From positions 394,992-458,991 of the forward strand of contig NW_004797862.1 in assembly GCF_000002075.1 (NCBI RefSeq): a DNA stretch of 64,000 bases, in the 5' to 3' direction. The DNA comes from Aplysia californica. Its lineage: Eukaryota. The notes beneath the pieces were generated by a model. It saw only the letters and a program-made list of their open reading frames with translations, did not search any database and was not told the origin of the DNA. Both the position numbers and the translations under genes were made by a program. The stretch's first letter is position 1, and every line of letters begins with the position of its first letter. This document shows, piece by piece, positions 12,677 to 23,600 of the stretch.

Positions 12677-15553
12677 TGAGATATGATTTGAAAGACCTTT
12701 GGCCCATATGTCCACACGGAGACAGATATAACTTCGAAAGAAAGACAGCGAGCTTACGTCCACTGTTTTAGCAATCTCATTTTGACGAAGTCTCTCCCTG
12801 TACTGCAGCTCTATCTTCTTGGTTCTCTTCAGGAACTCTGGCAGGGATCCCTCCTGCAGCATACCAATGTGCTTCTTGATCTGTGCAAGCTTGTCTTGAT
12901 ACATCCTGTAACAGAAGGCATCTCTTGTTCATTGTTGTTTTTGTAAGTGTTTTACGGGGCTCGCAACGACATAAGGTCATATGAGCGCGCGGGACACATT
13001 AAACTTTTTCAGTTGGTAGGAAATTTTGAATTTTGTCCGGGTGGCGGCCGAAGCCTACTCTTATCGATTTTAGACCACCGAGGGATCTTCAACGTGCGCG
13101 ACTTGCACACAGGCCCTCCGAGATTTTTCGCCCTTGTCCGAGAAGGCTAGGTGTAGATCTTTCCTACAAGAAGATCAGAGGTGTGGCTGAAAGACAGCAG
13201 TAAGAAGAAGCCAAGGAGTAACAGTAGAAAGGCTGTAGAAAGAATCAGGAGCCCACAGGGGGGGGGAAGGGGGGGAGAGCAAAGGAGATGAGGGAGTGGG
13301 GGAAGAAAGAGGAGACTAAAGCAGACGACAGAACATTGCTAGAGAGCAGGAAAGGAGGTGAAAGGAGACAAATTTAAAGAAGAAAATTTTCCAGCCACTA
13401 CCGGGATTCGAACCCGGGACTTTTGAATGAGAGGCCAACACCTTAACCTCTAGGCCACGAGAGCCCCTCATCTCTTGTTGCATCATGGCAATAATTAGAA
13501 CACTTGTTCTGGTCCTGATTGCTTCAGGTTTTGTAGTAAGAGTTTTACCGTACTTGCACCACAATAAGGTCATAAAGTGCCCGAAGATTAGAAGTGTTAC
13601 AAAAGATTAACAAACGCCAAAAAAAAAAAAGACAGATAAATAACAAACCACACCAGAGCACCCGCCAACCACCCACGTTCTAGTCCTGGTATATATCAAC
13701 ATCTCTTACAATGCCAAGAAAGTTGTCTGAGTACGTACAGTCCAAAATAATCACCTTTCGGTCACCTACATGCCTTGTAACTACGGTAAATGTATCCTCA
13801 AGGGATGTACAGTAATAAATACTTATGACCTCAGGAATGAATGAGTTGTGCTGAAAAACTAATCAGCTGCTGGACCAGTTTTATCATTCACGTCAAAAGT
13901 TGACTTCTTCCCCCTAAAGCAAGCCTGCGTCTGATTATAACTTGACGACCATTTATAATAAACCTATCCCCGTCGTTTTATGCAATAAAAATTCTGAAAC
14001 TATGCAAACTGAGCCCAAAAATGTGAAATTATGCGATTCTGTTAATTTTAACAAAGAATAATAAAGAAAAATAATCAGAAATTATGCAAAGATTAAATTT
14101 TGGTAAATTATGCGGGGTGCATAAAACCACGGGGACAGATAAACTAATACATTTCTTTTCTAGTTTTAAGAACAAACCAATTAGAAGTACCTTCTTCATC
14201 ATAAACAGGTTCAATCACTGTGCATCAAGTTTTTTGTTTTAGTAGAGGGTTTTACGGAGTTCACAACTGCATAAGGTCATATGAGCGCCAAGGGGTGGGT
14301 GTCAACAGAGAAGTCCTTACAGGGAATCAGACTTACTCCGCTGACCTTCTAGCTTCAACAGCACAAGGTCTGCTTCGACCATCAAGGCACCCAGGAAATA
14401 GCAGATCACAAGAGTGACAAACATATAAAAGAAGTAGAGGAAAAATGACAATAGTAAGGATTAGGAAAGAAAAAGCAGCAGTTCACTGTTGCAGATCCGG
14501 CACAGTTATATGAGCGTGACATGATGAATCAGAGCATTTACAATTCTACTGTGCTTGAACGAGAAATGTCCCCCCTTTGGGAATGGCCTAAAGACACTTC
14601 AGTCAGTGGCACTGCCCCGGGGGGTATGGAGATCAGAGGAAAAAAGGATGATAGATGTTTGACAGGAAAGAAGAAGCAAACCACACCAGAGCATCCGTCA
14701 ACCACCCACTGCGCATCACTTTAAAAATATAATTTGAGCCCTGCAGCCTGCATAACAAGCTAGTGCTTTATCAGCTTCACGTTCACATTCAAAAGTCTTG
14801 GAAGTTCACACTTTAAAGTCACTGACTGCAAATACCATCACTCACTGCGTTTGTACGCCTAGGCGTACGAGAAACCCAGATACCACACCCCTGTCGGTTT
14901 CCATTGCTTTACTATTTTCACACTATCTACACAGCCATGACCAGTCTCTGCAGCTGAGGAAAGGGAATGCTTGCTATATAATGCCTCTTTAATTCTGTTT
15001 TTACATCCCTTGATCCCTATAGGGTCGGAGGGGGGTTGTGGTATTTTTTCAGTGAGGAGAGTTACAATAGGTTTGGTTTTTTTAGATCTGGCACAGTGTT
15101 TTGCAAACTTTATGTTGAATTAAGAAAACGTCCAGCCTCTGAATGAAAAAAAACCCCGTTCATTTCTATGTGTTCTGATTATGAACAAGGTGTACCAGAT
15201 GGCCACCAAAGTGACTTATCCAATTATTATTCTGTGGAAAAATGAAAAGGGTTCTAAAAAAAGTGCCTCAGAGGCTGTTTTTTGTACTTCCTCAACTAAG
15301 AGCTCAAGAAATTCCACGTTTACTTTTGTTCATACATATGTACGCTATATTTCAAATAATCATACAAAAACAAAAAATAAATATTGAAAATGTTTTCACC
15401 TCAATTATACATGACATAAAAAATAGTGCAAATTATAAGTGCCTACTTTGAATGCTTATCCGACAATAAATATTCTCTAACACCCGAAAAGCTGGCAGAC
15501 AGGGTTAAATTGAGATTATTTAATGAAGACAGTGAGGGTAAGACTTAAATGAA

Positions 15554-15608
<55 letters not shown>

Positions 15609-18600
15609 CTTACTGTTCTTTTATCTCAGTCCTTTGGCCCCCATTGGGTGTGGTATTTTGATGGTTCTTACGTTTGTCCTCTGTCTCACTGGCATCTGCA
15701 GTATCTGTAAAAGATTTGTGAAGGAAAATTTGTGAGCCTTTCTTTTCCTGTTAAAAAAACCTCACTAAAAACATCTAAACTCAGCAATGGGAACTTCATT
15801 TTAGTTAGTCACCCTCAAAAGATTCGGGAATGATTTGACTTCTGACAATTCCAGTGGCCATATCAGATGGATCTACGTCATGTGTGATCTGCAGCAACAA
15901 ATACAGCCGTCTGTCCGGTGCAAGTACTTGCCATTCTTGCCCCATTTTGCTTGCGTAGATTTACAAGAGCCTGGCGCCCCAGAGTGATCTACTCAGACTA
16001 AATAATTGCGCCAACTGCACAGATGCACAAGATTAATAAGCGATCTGGATGATGTAGGCTAGGCTTCAGCTGTGAGACCCACCGGAAGGCGAGGGTGCTC
16101 AAACAATAAAATACATGCTTATCGGTGAGAGAATCTACAGGAACTGCAGGACAGGGGGCGGTCGACCTGACGCGACTCAATCCGCAATGGACACCTGGCA
16201 GGCCTAACTAGCGGATAGCTAGAGAACGACAACTAAATGCCATTGGCCGATATTTATAGAAACAGCCATCTTGTTTAACCTTAACGGGGGATGCCCGCCA
16301 CGTTATTGGATCGTGATTCTAAAAATTAGTGATGATTTTGCGCAGCGCGCGGTTTGCACCTGCAGTTTCCAAGTTCCTTCAGCGGTCTGCACTTTGCATC
16401 CTTACACCAGCAGTTTCAAAGCTCCTTCAGCATTTACTATTACATATTATTATATTTTCTCCTTTATTTGTCCATCCCCCTTTACAACATCACCCCTCCA
16501 CCCTGCCCCTCTTCCTTCACTGCTTTCTGCTCCTTCATCTTCCCCCCACCAGCAGCCCCCCCCCCCCTGAGTTTCTCCTAGTGCCAGTGGTTCCCCCTAG
16601 TACACTGCATTTGTACCTCACAGTATCCATTTGCAAACCTTGCAGTCTCGAATTACTCCATTTGCAGCTCAGCGTATTATCGAGTCCAATCTCTTGTAAG
16701 CGCTTAATTTCTTGTGCTTTCAAAACTTTAAAAGAAATGATCCGGATCGAAACGGTCGATCATTAGCACGGCGTTGATGAACTTTGTTTGAACTTGCTTT
16801 CGTACGCAGGCCTACCGAACAGTTCTGCAAAGAATTTAAAAAATAATCAGAGTCGACAGGCGGCCCTCGTGTACAATTGTGGTCCTGTTTGCACTAAATC
16901 ACACTAGGCCCAAGTACCCCCTGACTGTAATAATTCTCACGTGTTTCTTATAGAACTAAACTGAATTAAAATCATATCTAATCTAGAATCTAGATATGGC
17001 CACCTATATTCTCACCCATGGTGAGAATAGCTCGTGACTCCCTACCCCCCCAACTGGACATTGACAGTGAGACATCTGTAGAACATTCTAACCCTGTCAC
17101 CCTGTGTCTCGAGCCACTATTCTCACTCCCCTTAGGTGTGCTATAGCACAAACACACACAGAATAGCACACAGAATAACTCATAAGTTAGTTGTACAGAC
17201 ATAGATAAGCTTCAGGTTTAGTTTATTTAATGGGCTGGGAGAAGGCCACTTCACACCATGAACAGAAAACAACAGTGAACAAAAAATAACAAGCTACAGA
17301 TCTAGCCTATGGTTATAATTACAAAGTGACAATTTCTCGGAACAGTCGGGAAATAAACTGATCAGTATTTCGCTGAACGGTTTCCATTCTCGAGATTATT
17401 TGGTTATTTCGAGAGTTCGGCGTCATCTTTCATTCTGCCATTCTGCATCGACAGGGAAGAAGCATTTTTTACATCGAATTCGATTTCTAGAGCTAGAGTT
17501 TTCAGATGTCTAAATATTCAGATACTTCAATTGTGGTTGGGGCAATGTTCCCGGACTGTTAGTATATGGCCGTCGTTATTCGGACTCGAGTCCGAATAAC
17601 ATAGTTTCATATTCGGACTCGAGTCCGAATAAAAAAATTTCTTATTCCGGACTCGAGTCCGAATATGAAAAAATGTTATTCGGACTCGGGTCCGGAAAAA
17701 GGAAGTGTCTTCGTTCTATAGATCTAACGTTCAGTGCTTCCAATTTTCCACCATTTTTTAGTTTCCCAAACACCTTATCTGCCGATCCAATGCCCGTCGC
17801 CTCATATACGCCCCCCCCCCCCCCCCCTTCCATCAGTGAACATTAGTTTTCGACGTAAAGTGAAAGCTAAGAAAATCTATCATCTCCCTCATTCTAGGTA
17901 AACTTGCCCTGTGTAAAAAAAAAAAGACCGATTCGATCAAATACGCATCCCGTGCTCCTCATATCGATTGTTTACCAAGAAAAAGTTGTGTTGCTGTGTA
18001 GAGCTGAGCATACAGCAACTTTTGATTCCATAGACCAGCGCACAATTCATTACGCAGATCTACGTCAAGACTAGCTTATTATTGTAATAATGATCAGTTG
18101 CCGGGGGGGGGGGGGGACTGACGCGTATGCGACTTTCAACGCCCGGACCGATAGTGCCCCCCCCCAACCCCTCCCTGACACGCACTCAGCCACACGTGTG
18201 CAGGCCGCCCATCCGACCCCGACACATGCTAACGAGCCATCTTTAATTGCTTCTGATGACCTCTTGACAAATAAACATTTATTAGAAGCCCTATAACTTT
18301 TCAGGCCGGCCTCAAATTCATCATAAGATTAAAACTCGGCTCCTGCACAAAACGCCTTTTTGCCTGAAGTGATCCTGGTCTCTCCCCAGCCTGAGGCGAG
18401 TCATGAGTGAGGCAGGACAGGAAGCCGGATTCACGAGTCACAGGAAGTTGGAAGTCGGAAGTGATGTCATGCTGGACAAGAATCAGAGTCCGAATAACAT
18501 TTTGGCCACCTCTATTCTCACCCGGGATGAGAATAGTGCAGGCGAGTCTTTTGGCTATTCTCACCCAGTGCGCGTTCACCGTTATAATAGCCTAGATCTT

Positions 18601-18739
18601 GGCCAACAAATTTTGCGTTCACCCTAAACCACAGAATTCTACACTGTGATAACAGAAAAATTGTAGAATTCTGTGCCGTGAACAAACGTTCCATTACAAC
18701 TGTAGCCTACTAAAAGCGTACAATTTTGTCTGTGGGTAG

Positions 18740-18806
<67 letters not shown>

Positions 18807-19715
18807 GAGTAGCGCGAGAACTTCTCCGGTCAAAACAAAATGGCGACCCGCGTAGTTCGGCTCGATTCGAAAAGTTAAATAGCCGTAGCATCTTTGTAGA
18901 CAACCAAATTAATTTACTTTTGTGTTTTAACATCATTTTTTAACTTTGTTTTGGTCAATTTGATCGTCCACACCGATAGACAGTATTCAGAAAGAGACAG
19001 AGAGAGAGAGAGAGGGGAGGAGTAGATCTTGCGAGAACTTCCGGGCAAAACAAAATGGCGACCCACGTAGTTCGGCTCGATTCGAACAGTGAAATAGCCA
19101 TAGCATCTTTGAAGACGATCAAATTAGCTTACTTTTGTGCTATAACGTAATTTTTTCTTGGCTTTTATCAATTTGATCATCCACACCGATAGACAGTATT
19201 CCAAAATGAGGAAAAGCGGGTCTTGTTTCGCACCGGGTGAGAATAGCCTACGCTGGCAAGTCTCACCCGGGATGAGAGGTAGATCGTTTTTCTATTCTCA
19301 CCCCGGTTGAGAATAGCCACTTCCTAACATTTTTTCATATTCGGACTCGAGTCAGACTCAGAATAGTCACTTCGTAGTATCATACTTCATTTGAAAATGT
19401 CTACAAAAGGTAACGCAAGGAAAACAGACAGCTCGACTTTGGCAGTAGGCCTAACATATTTTGCAATAAGTCAAACCTAAAGCAAAGACTACAAAATATT
19501 TGTATAAAATCCTCCACCCCCGTTCACACGACACACACACAAACAGAATCTACAGACACTGATACTGAGATGGCGACGACGCCGACGGGGGAGAGTAAGG
19601 AACACTTGCCTTCATCAGAGACATTTCCATCAGGGTCCTTTTCTTCTTCAGCATCTGAACTCTCTGCACCATCAAAATCATTGACACGTCTTGGTGAATT
19701 GGTATAGGACGACAT
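515..19715 (-). CDS. SUDS3: Sin3 histone deacetylase corepressor complex component SDS3, 9 coding exons, ~319 aa
   Basis: Exons 19610-19715, 15614-15704, 12758-12905, 11950-12009, 4551-4647, 3835-3933, 3287-3461, 1864-1951 and 515-610 join in frame (960 nt, all phases compatible). Peptides match SDS3 as I recall it: [82 protein letters not shown]. Confidence 0.95.
1864..1951 (-). CDS. SUDS3: SUDS3 exon 8 ([13 protein letters not shown]...IGNQE)
   Basis: Acceptor ttttcag, donor gtatgc; phase compatible. Confidence 0.88.
2327..2707 (-). mobile_element. Short retroposon family B (~380 bp); other copies at 840-1090(+), 1095-1225(-), 5597-5993(-), 14238-14625(-), 32875-33160(+) and 33497-33856(-)
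   Basis: Shared 5' start CCCCGGGGC[G/A]GTGCCACTGA and shared tail GGCGCTCATATGACCTTATGCAGTTGCGAGCGCC. Confidence 0.8.
3287..3461 (-). CDS. SUDS3: SUDS3 exon 7 ([17 protein letters not shown]...[13 protein letters not shown])
   Basis: Preceded by the U12 branch site TCCTTGAC; donor gtgagt. Confidence 0.93.
3462..3834 (-). other. U12-type (minor spliceosome) GT-AG intron of SUDS3
   Basis: 5' splice site GTATCCTTT; branch site TCCTTGAC (3471-3478) 9 nt before the end of the intron; no polypyrimidine tract. Confidence 0.9.
3835..3933 (-). CDS. SUDS3: SUDS3 exon 6 ([32 protein letters not shown])
   Basis: Near-identical to the SDS3 signature; followed by the U12-type donor GTATCCTTT. Confidence 0.95.
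4385..4530. mobile_element. MITE, probably Harbinger/Tourist-like
   Basis: TIR TACGG[A/G]GTGCCCACTACG with long internal symmetry; TAA on both sides (a TA TSD reading is also possible). Confidence 0.75.
4551..4647 (-). CDS. SUDS3: SUDS3 exon 5 ([17 protein letters not shown]...DLNG)
   Basis: Acceptor tttccag, donor gtgggt; aligns to DKKVELKENLIAELEEKK. Confidence 0.92.
6835..6879 (-). CDS. Candidate 45-nt cassette exon in SUDS3 intron 4 ([15 protein letters not shown])
   Basis: Acceptor tttcag|GAG AAA, donor AAG|gtacac, phase 0/0; resembles the first 15 aa of exon 5. Confidence 0.4.
7905..7983. repeat. (AT)n microsatellite; others include (GAT)n 5059-5101, (GA)n 12597-12675 and 18742-18805, (CA)n 36733-36815 and 60442-60513, and (GT)n 55495-55571
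   Basis: Direct reading. Confidence 0.95.
8693..8912. mobile_element. hAT-like MITE with a 6-bp TSD
   Basis: TIR CAGGGATGCCAAAT; TSD ATTAAC/ATTAAC. Confidence 0.75.
9013..9188. mobile_element. ~177-bp MITE, CTGTCCCC family, copy 1
   Basis: ~21-bp TIR; flanks CATAAT/CATGAT. Confidence 0.7.
10037..10445. mobile_element. hAT-like MITE with a 6-bp TSD
   Basis: TIR CAGGGCTGCC[A/G]ACC; TSD GATAAG/GATAAG. Confidence 0.75.
11950..12009 (-). CDS. SUDS3: SUDS3 exon 4 ([20 protein letters not shown])
   Basis: Acceptor cag, donor gtcagg; aligns to ERNY...KEFE. Confidence 0.85.
12758..12905 (-). CDS. SUDS3: SUDS3 exon 3 ([11 protein letters not shown]...AKTVD)
   Basis: Acceptor ttacag, donor gtaagc; Sds3 coiled-coil motif. 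Confidence 0.95.
12930..13468 (-). mobile_element. tRNA-derived SINE, family A (Meta-domain-like body)
   Basis: A box TGGCCTAGAGG, B box GGTTCGAATCC, hairpin tail, TSD CATCTCTTGTT. Confidence 0.85.
13964..14138. mobile_element. CTGTCCCC-family MITE, copy 2
   Basis: Same sequence as copy 1; perfect TSD ATAAAC. Confidence 0.75.
15614..15704 (-). CDS. SUDS3: SUDS3 exon 2 ([11 protein letters not shown]...TEIKEQ)
   Basis: Acceptor ttttacag, donor gtaagt; matches SDS3 DTEDASET...EMKEQ. Confidence 0.9.
17575..19370. mobile_element. Nested non-autonomous element with palindrome arrays (ATTCGGACTCGAGTCCGAAT; TATTCTCACCC...GAGAATAG)
   Basis: Interrupts a repeat (17380-17558 plus 19378-19430) that occurs without this insert at ~20750-21025. 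Confidence 0.55.
18630..18675. mobile_element. 46-bp TIR-only scar, same family
   Basis: CACAGAATTCTACA...TGTAGAATTCTGTG; flanks CCCTAAAC/CCGTGAAC. Confidence 0.55.
19610..19715 (-). CDS. SUDS3: SUDS3 coding exon 1 ([10 protein letters not shown]...GNVSDE)
   Basis: ATG at 19715 and an acidic N-terminus ending SDE-G. The donor is G|GCAAGT (GC type), and its phase matches exon 2. Confidence 0.85.
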
Positions 19716-20110
19716 AATGTCCAAAAACAAATGAGAGTAAAAGGTAACAAGAAAATTCGGGCTTCGACTGTTTGTCGTTGGATATCAACTTCAAGCTCGC
19801 AACCGGAAGTGGTTTACATTGAATAAAAAAGTAAAATTCAATTTCAGATTAGGCATCTATGACTCGGATCAATCACTATCAAGAGTTTCAATTGATACTT
19901 TTCCATTGAAACAGTTTCGAGCTACAATTTATTTCTACAAAAAATATATTTATTATTTATTAATTTCTAGATATAAAATAATGAATTCACGGTCTTACTT
20001 TTATAGAAACATTGATTTGTATAATAACGGTTTTCTCGAAGGTCTTCAATGTTTTTAATGTTTTCGATAGCAGACGAAACGAAAAGTAGCCTAGGCCTAG
20101 TAAGATTGAC
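19716..20110. promoter_or_regulatory. Putative bidirectional promoter for SUDS3 and the Harbinger-derived gene
   Basis: Divergent ATGs 395 bp apart; ETS/GABP-type motif CCGGAAGTG at 19803-19811. Confidence 0.7.
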
Positions 20111-20677
20111 ATGGCTGCGCCAACAGAAGAACCGAAAACGTACATTACTCTCAAGAGAAAACTTTCGCCTCAAAAGACTACATTTTCTCAGAGTGCGTTT
20201 CCTGTGGAAACTGGTGATGGTCAGAAACAGTCGTCCTTGTCGAGATCATCTGCAGAATATGATACGGTAGTTACAGGAGGAATGGGAAGTTCGCCCAAGA
20301 AACGACTGTTTGTAACGGTCGATGCTGATGGTAATCAAGTCCAAGTGGAGGTTCCCCACAACACTTTACCAGAAGGTGTAAATCCTGATGACGCCAGTTC
20401 TTACATAGTTCATGCTGAAGACATTAATCTTGACTTGTCTTCTTATTCCTATTCAGTGGTAGTTGATGGCATTGTTGAAGATGTGGAGTTGAATGACTGT
20501 CAATACCCTGAAGAGTCTGTGAAACTTGTGAAAGGAGACCTAAAACCTGTTGACATAGACAGTGAAAGTGATGATCATGATGCTGAAGACAGCAAGGAAG
20601 ATTATATTCTTGCTGAGCCAGAGGATGCAGACCCACTTTTCAAGTCGCACTACAGGATGAGTCGCATTGTTGCATCT
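20111..20677 (+). CDS. Harbinger-derived gene exon 1 (acidic N-terminal extension plus FKSHYRMSR motif)
   Basis: ATG at 20111, 189 codons, donor TCT|gtaagt. Confidence 0.85.
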
Positions 20678-23600
20678 GTAAGTATTTTTTTACAAAGTGA
20701 CTATTTCTCTGAATGCTCGGGAAAATTTAATTTGACCTCTATTTTACTCAAAACTGTTTCCGTTCTCGAGATTTTTTGGTTAGGGCCTATTTGCGAGAGT
20801 CCAATGTCATCTGTCTTTCATTGTGCCATTCCGCAGGGACTGGGGAGAAGCATTTTTTGCATCGATTTTTAGAAGTGTGAATATTCAGATACTTCATTTA
20901 TGGTTGGGGCAACTTTCCCGGACTAGAATCTAGATCTAGAGTATAGATCTAGAAAATCTAGATCTAGACTCTATACTTCATTTGAAAATACCCTCAAAGG
21001 GTAGCCTACTGCGAGAAGGAAAAACTTTATCACAAAAAAGTCCCTGCGCACGCTGGCGCCTCCATTCGCCAATTATAACCAAAAAATGTTGAGAACTGAT
21101 TAATCCGTTTGGAGAAATAGGCTAGAGTTCAAATTCAAGTTTATTTTCCAGAGCGTTCTGGGAAATAGGGCATTCATTGTGTTTACTAAACATGATTTTT
21201 TCCTTTTGACATTAGAAATAGATCTACAGTAGCCTATTGTATAACACGGATAGCTCAAATTCGTCGGGACCAGCCTCTGTAGTTCAAGGGATCCGTAGCC
21301 ATAGTTCCAAGGGATACGTGAACAGTAGGCCCTATGTATGTGTCAGAGAATCAAGGAGCTACAAAGATTGGGTCGGAACAGAGATTTTACTGTGTGTGCG
21401 TGTATCTGGGGGATGTGGGGGGAGGGGGTACAAGAAGCGGTGCAGGCCTGAAACGTCAGTAGAGATGCAAACACGACACAGTTATTTTTTTCCAGGCTAA
21501 GATCAATATTGTATAAATACAGTCCACGCCGGCTTTGAGCACGGTCATCGGGAGAAAACTTTTAAGCGCAATTAATGCCGAAGCGTGCTTGAGTGCGAAA
21601 AGTAGACATAATCCAGAGATTTTCATGTAGAAAATTTCCCGTGCTATTTCCCTTTGTTTGTAAGTAGGCCTATAGCGGTCCCGCAAAAGTGTGCGCTGTT
21701 ATTTTTACCCGCCATTGTAGTTTTTGTTTGCTTGTTTGTTTTTGTTTTGTGGTCGAACGGGAAATGAAAACTTAATTTAGACAGCCAGTCACGATACAGC
21801 ACACTGGGTCTACACACTGCCTGTGCTTACCACTGCCCTCTGTGCCACATTCATACCACTGCCTTTATCCACCTCGCGCGTAATACACAATCAGGATTAA
21901 TGGATAGCGAGGGTCAAAGGTGAAATCGCAGCCAGCCTCCCTTTTTCGTCTCCACGACTCTCTTCGTATTTTTTGTGTCTGTGTGTAGCTTTGCCCTAGG
22001 CTAGATCCAAAGTCCACGCGTGCGGCTGTGTGCATCTCTCTGCCTTCCTCTCCGTTCGTGTGAGTGTGTGTCTCCATGACCATCACTTGCGTTCTTTGTG
22101 TTTCTCTTAACACACTCCACTGCTGCGGTGTAGACTGTTCGAACTTCGATTGGTCGTCATGAAAGTACTGACTGTCTTGTAAAAGAAGCGTGCCTGAAGC
22201 CGAAGTTACCGTGCTTAAAGGCGTGTCATTTATACAGCAAAAATTCGGTAAGAGCCGTTTAGCGTGCTTGAATCCGAAACGTGCTTAAAGCCGGCATGGA
22301 CTGTACTTAATGAAAAGCTGGTCTTGACATAGATGTAATAATAAATTGCGCGCTGGTCTTTGGAATTCAAGGTTGCGTACACACGGCGTCACTTTTCGCC
22401 CGATTTTGTTACTTTTAGTTAGCGTGACTCAGCAGCCCGCCGGAGCTCCCCGGCTCGGGGTCACGGGTTTAATGAGCCCTGAAGCGACTTTGCCGGTGTC
22501 GGTCAGGAAGTTCACATTTTTGACTATGTTTAAAACGATATATACTTCTTCCCCATCCCACATAGCAAACCATAACGCGGATGTACTAAAAGCTCAATGT
22601 CTTGAGATTTGTTCTGCGTTAGAATGGTTAATTTCTGTGCCTTAGTTTTTGTTCTAGACAAGTGTTTGTAGAGTACGCAAGTTGTGCTATTTTAGTTACA
22701 AACTTATGAATTGAATAAATAATTGTTAATTTTAAAAAGGCTCGACAGATCTCTCCAAAATCTGTGTTAAACTGACTACGAATATCATGTCTTTTACCAT
22801 GAGAAATCTTAAATCTGCGCTAGTAGAGTCAACAGTTATAAGAGAAGAAAGATGCACATCTGCATTTTTTAACTAAAGACGATCAGCGTTAGCTCTTATT
22901 TCACTATTAAAACAAGAGAAAGTTACTCTGCGTTTGTTCATGAATCAATATCATGCTGTGTCTGTGGCAGGCTGCATACAACTAAAAAGATGTAATATAA
23001 GCGTTTTTAAAAACTACAAAACCGTGTAAATACATGGGTAGAGATAAACTTCTTGTATGGAATAAAAATAATGACAGCTAACACATTCATTCTTAGTTTT
23101 TGTGTCGGAAATATGCGCGGACACAATTATGAATGTAAAGAAATCAGTCACATTGTCAGTTATAGCGAATGGTCATAGAAACGAAAAATAAAGCTGGAAA
23201 AGTCTGGTGCTGATTCAGTGTCCCTAGAAAGCTAGAAATCATTCTTATAAGCCAATTACGAGACGTCATCCCTGTTATTCAGTCAACTTACAAAACCTAG
23301 ACTTAGCGTTTTAAGAAAAGTAAGGAATTTCTGGAGTGTAACGGGTACTGTTCGTGTATTAGATCTACATTGAAGAAGTATTCTAGCACTAAAATCGATT
23401 TGTATTTTTCATAGAGAAACTTCATGGTAACTTTTATAGACTTTCGAGAAAATATGCGAATATTCAAGATTATATTAGACACATAAAGTTGTATTTGGAG
23501 GAATTACTTCTTAGCGAATTGTGTGCCCGATGGATAAAATTGCAAAATTACAGCTTTCTATTATATGCGCAGATACCATCTTTTCTGAGTATCTACACCA

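Noticed and set aside
13395-13468. tRNA gene (also at 42390-42462, 52525-52595 and 63625-63696)
   Set aside because: The A/B boxes belong to SINE heads attached to repeated bodies, some with TSDs; no convincing cloverleaf.
15730-16800. Possible LINE ORF1/gag remnant
   Set aside because: No motif recognisable with confidence.
17575-17700. CRISPR-like palindromic repeat array
   Set aside because: Linkers are only ~9-11 bp, the context is eukaryotic and there are no cas genes.
20678-20872. C-terminal part of the 253-aa ORF 20111-20872
   Set aside because: Intron read-through after the gtaagt donor; the sequence is a repeat also found at 17380-17558.
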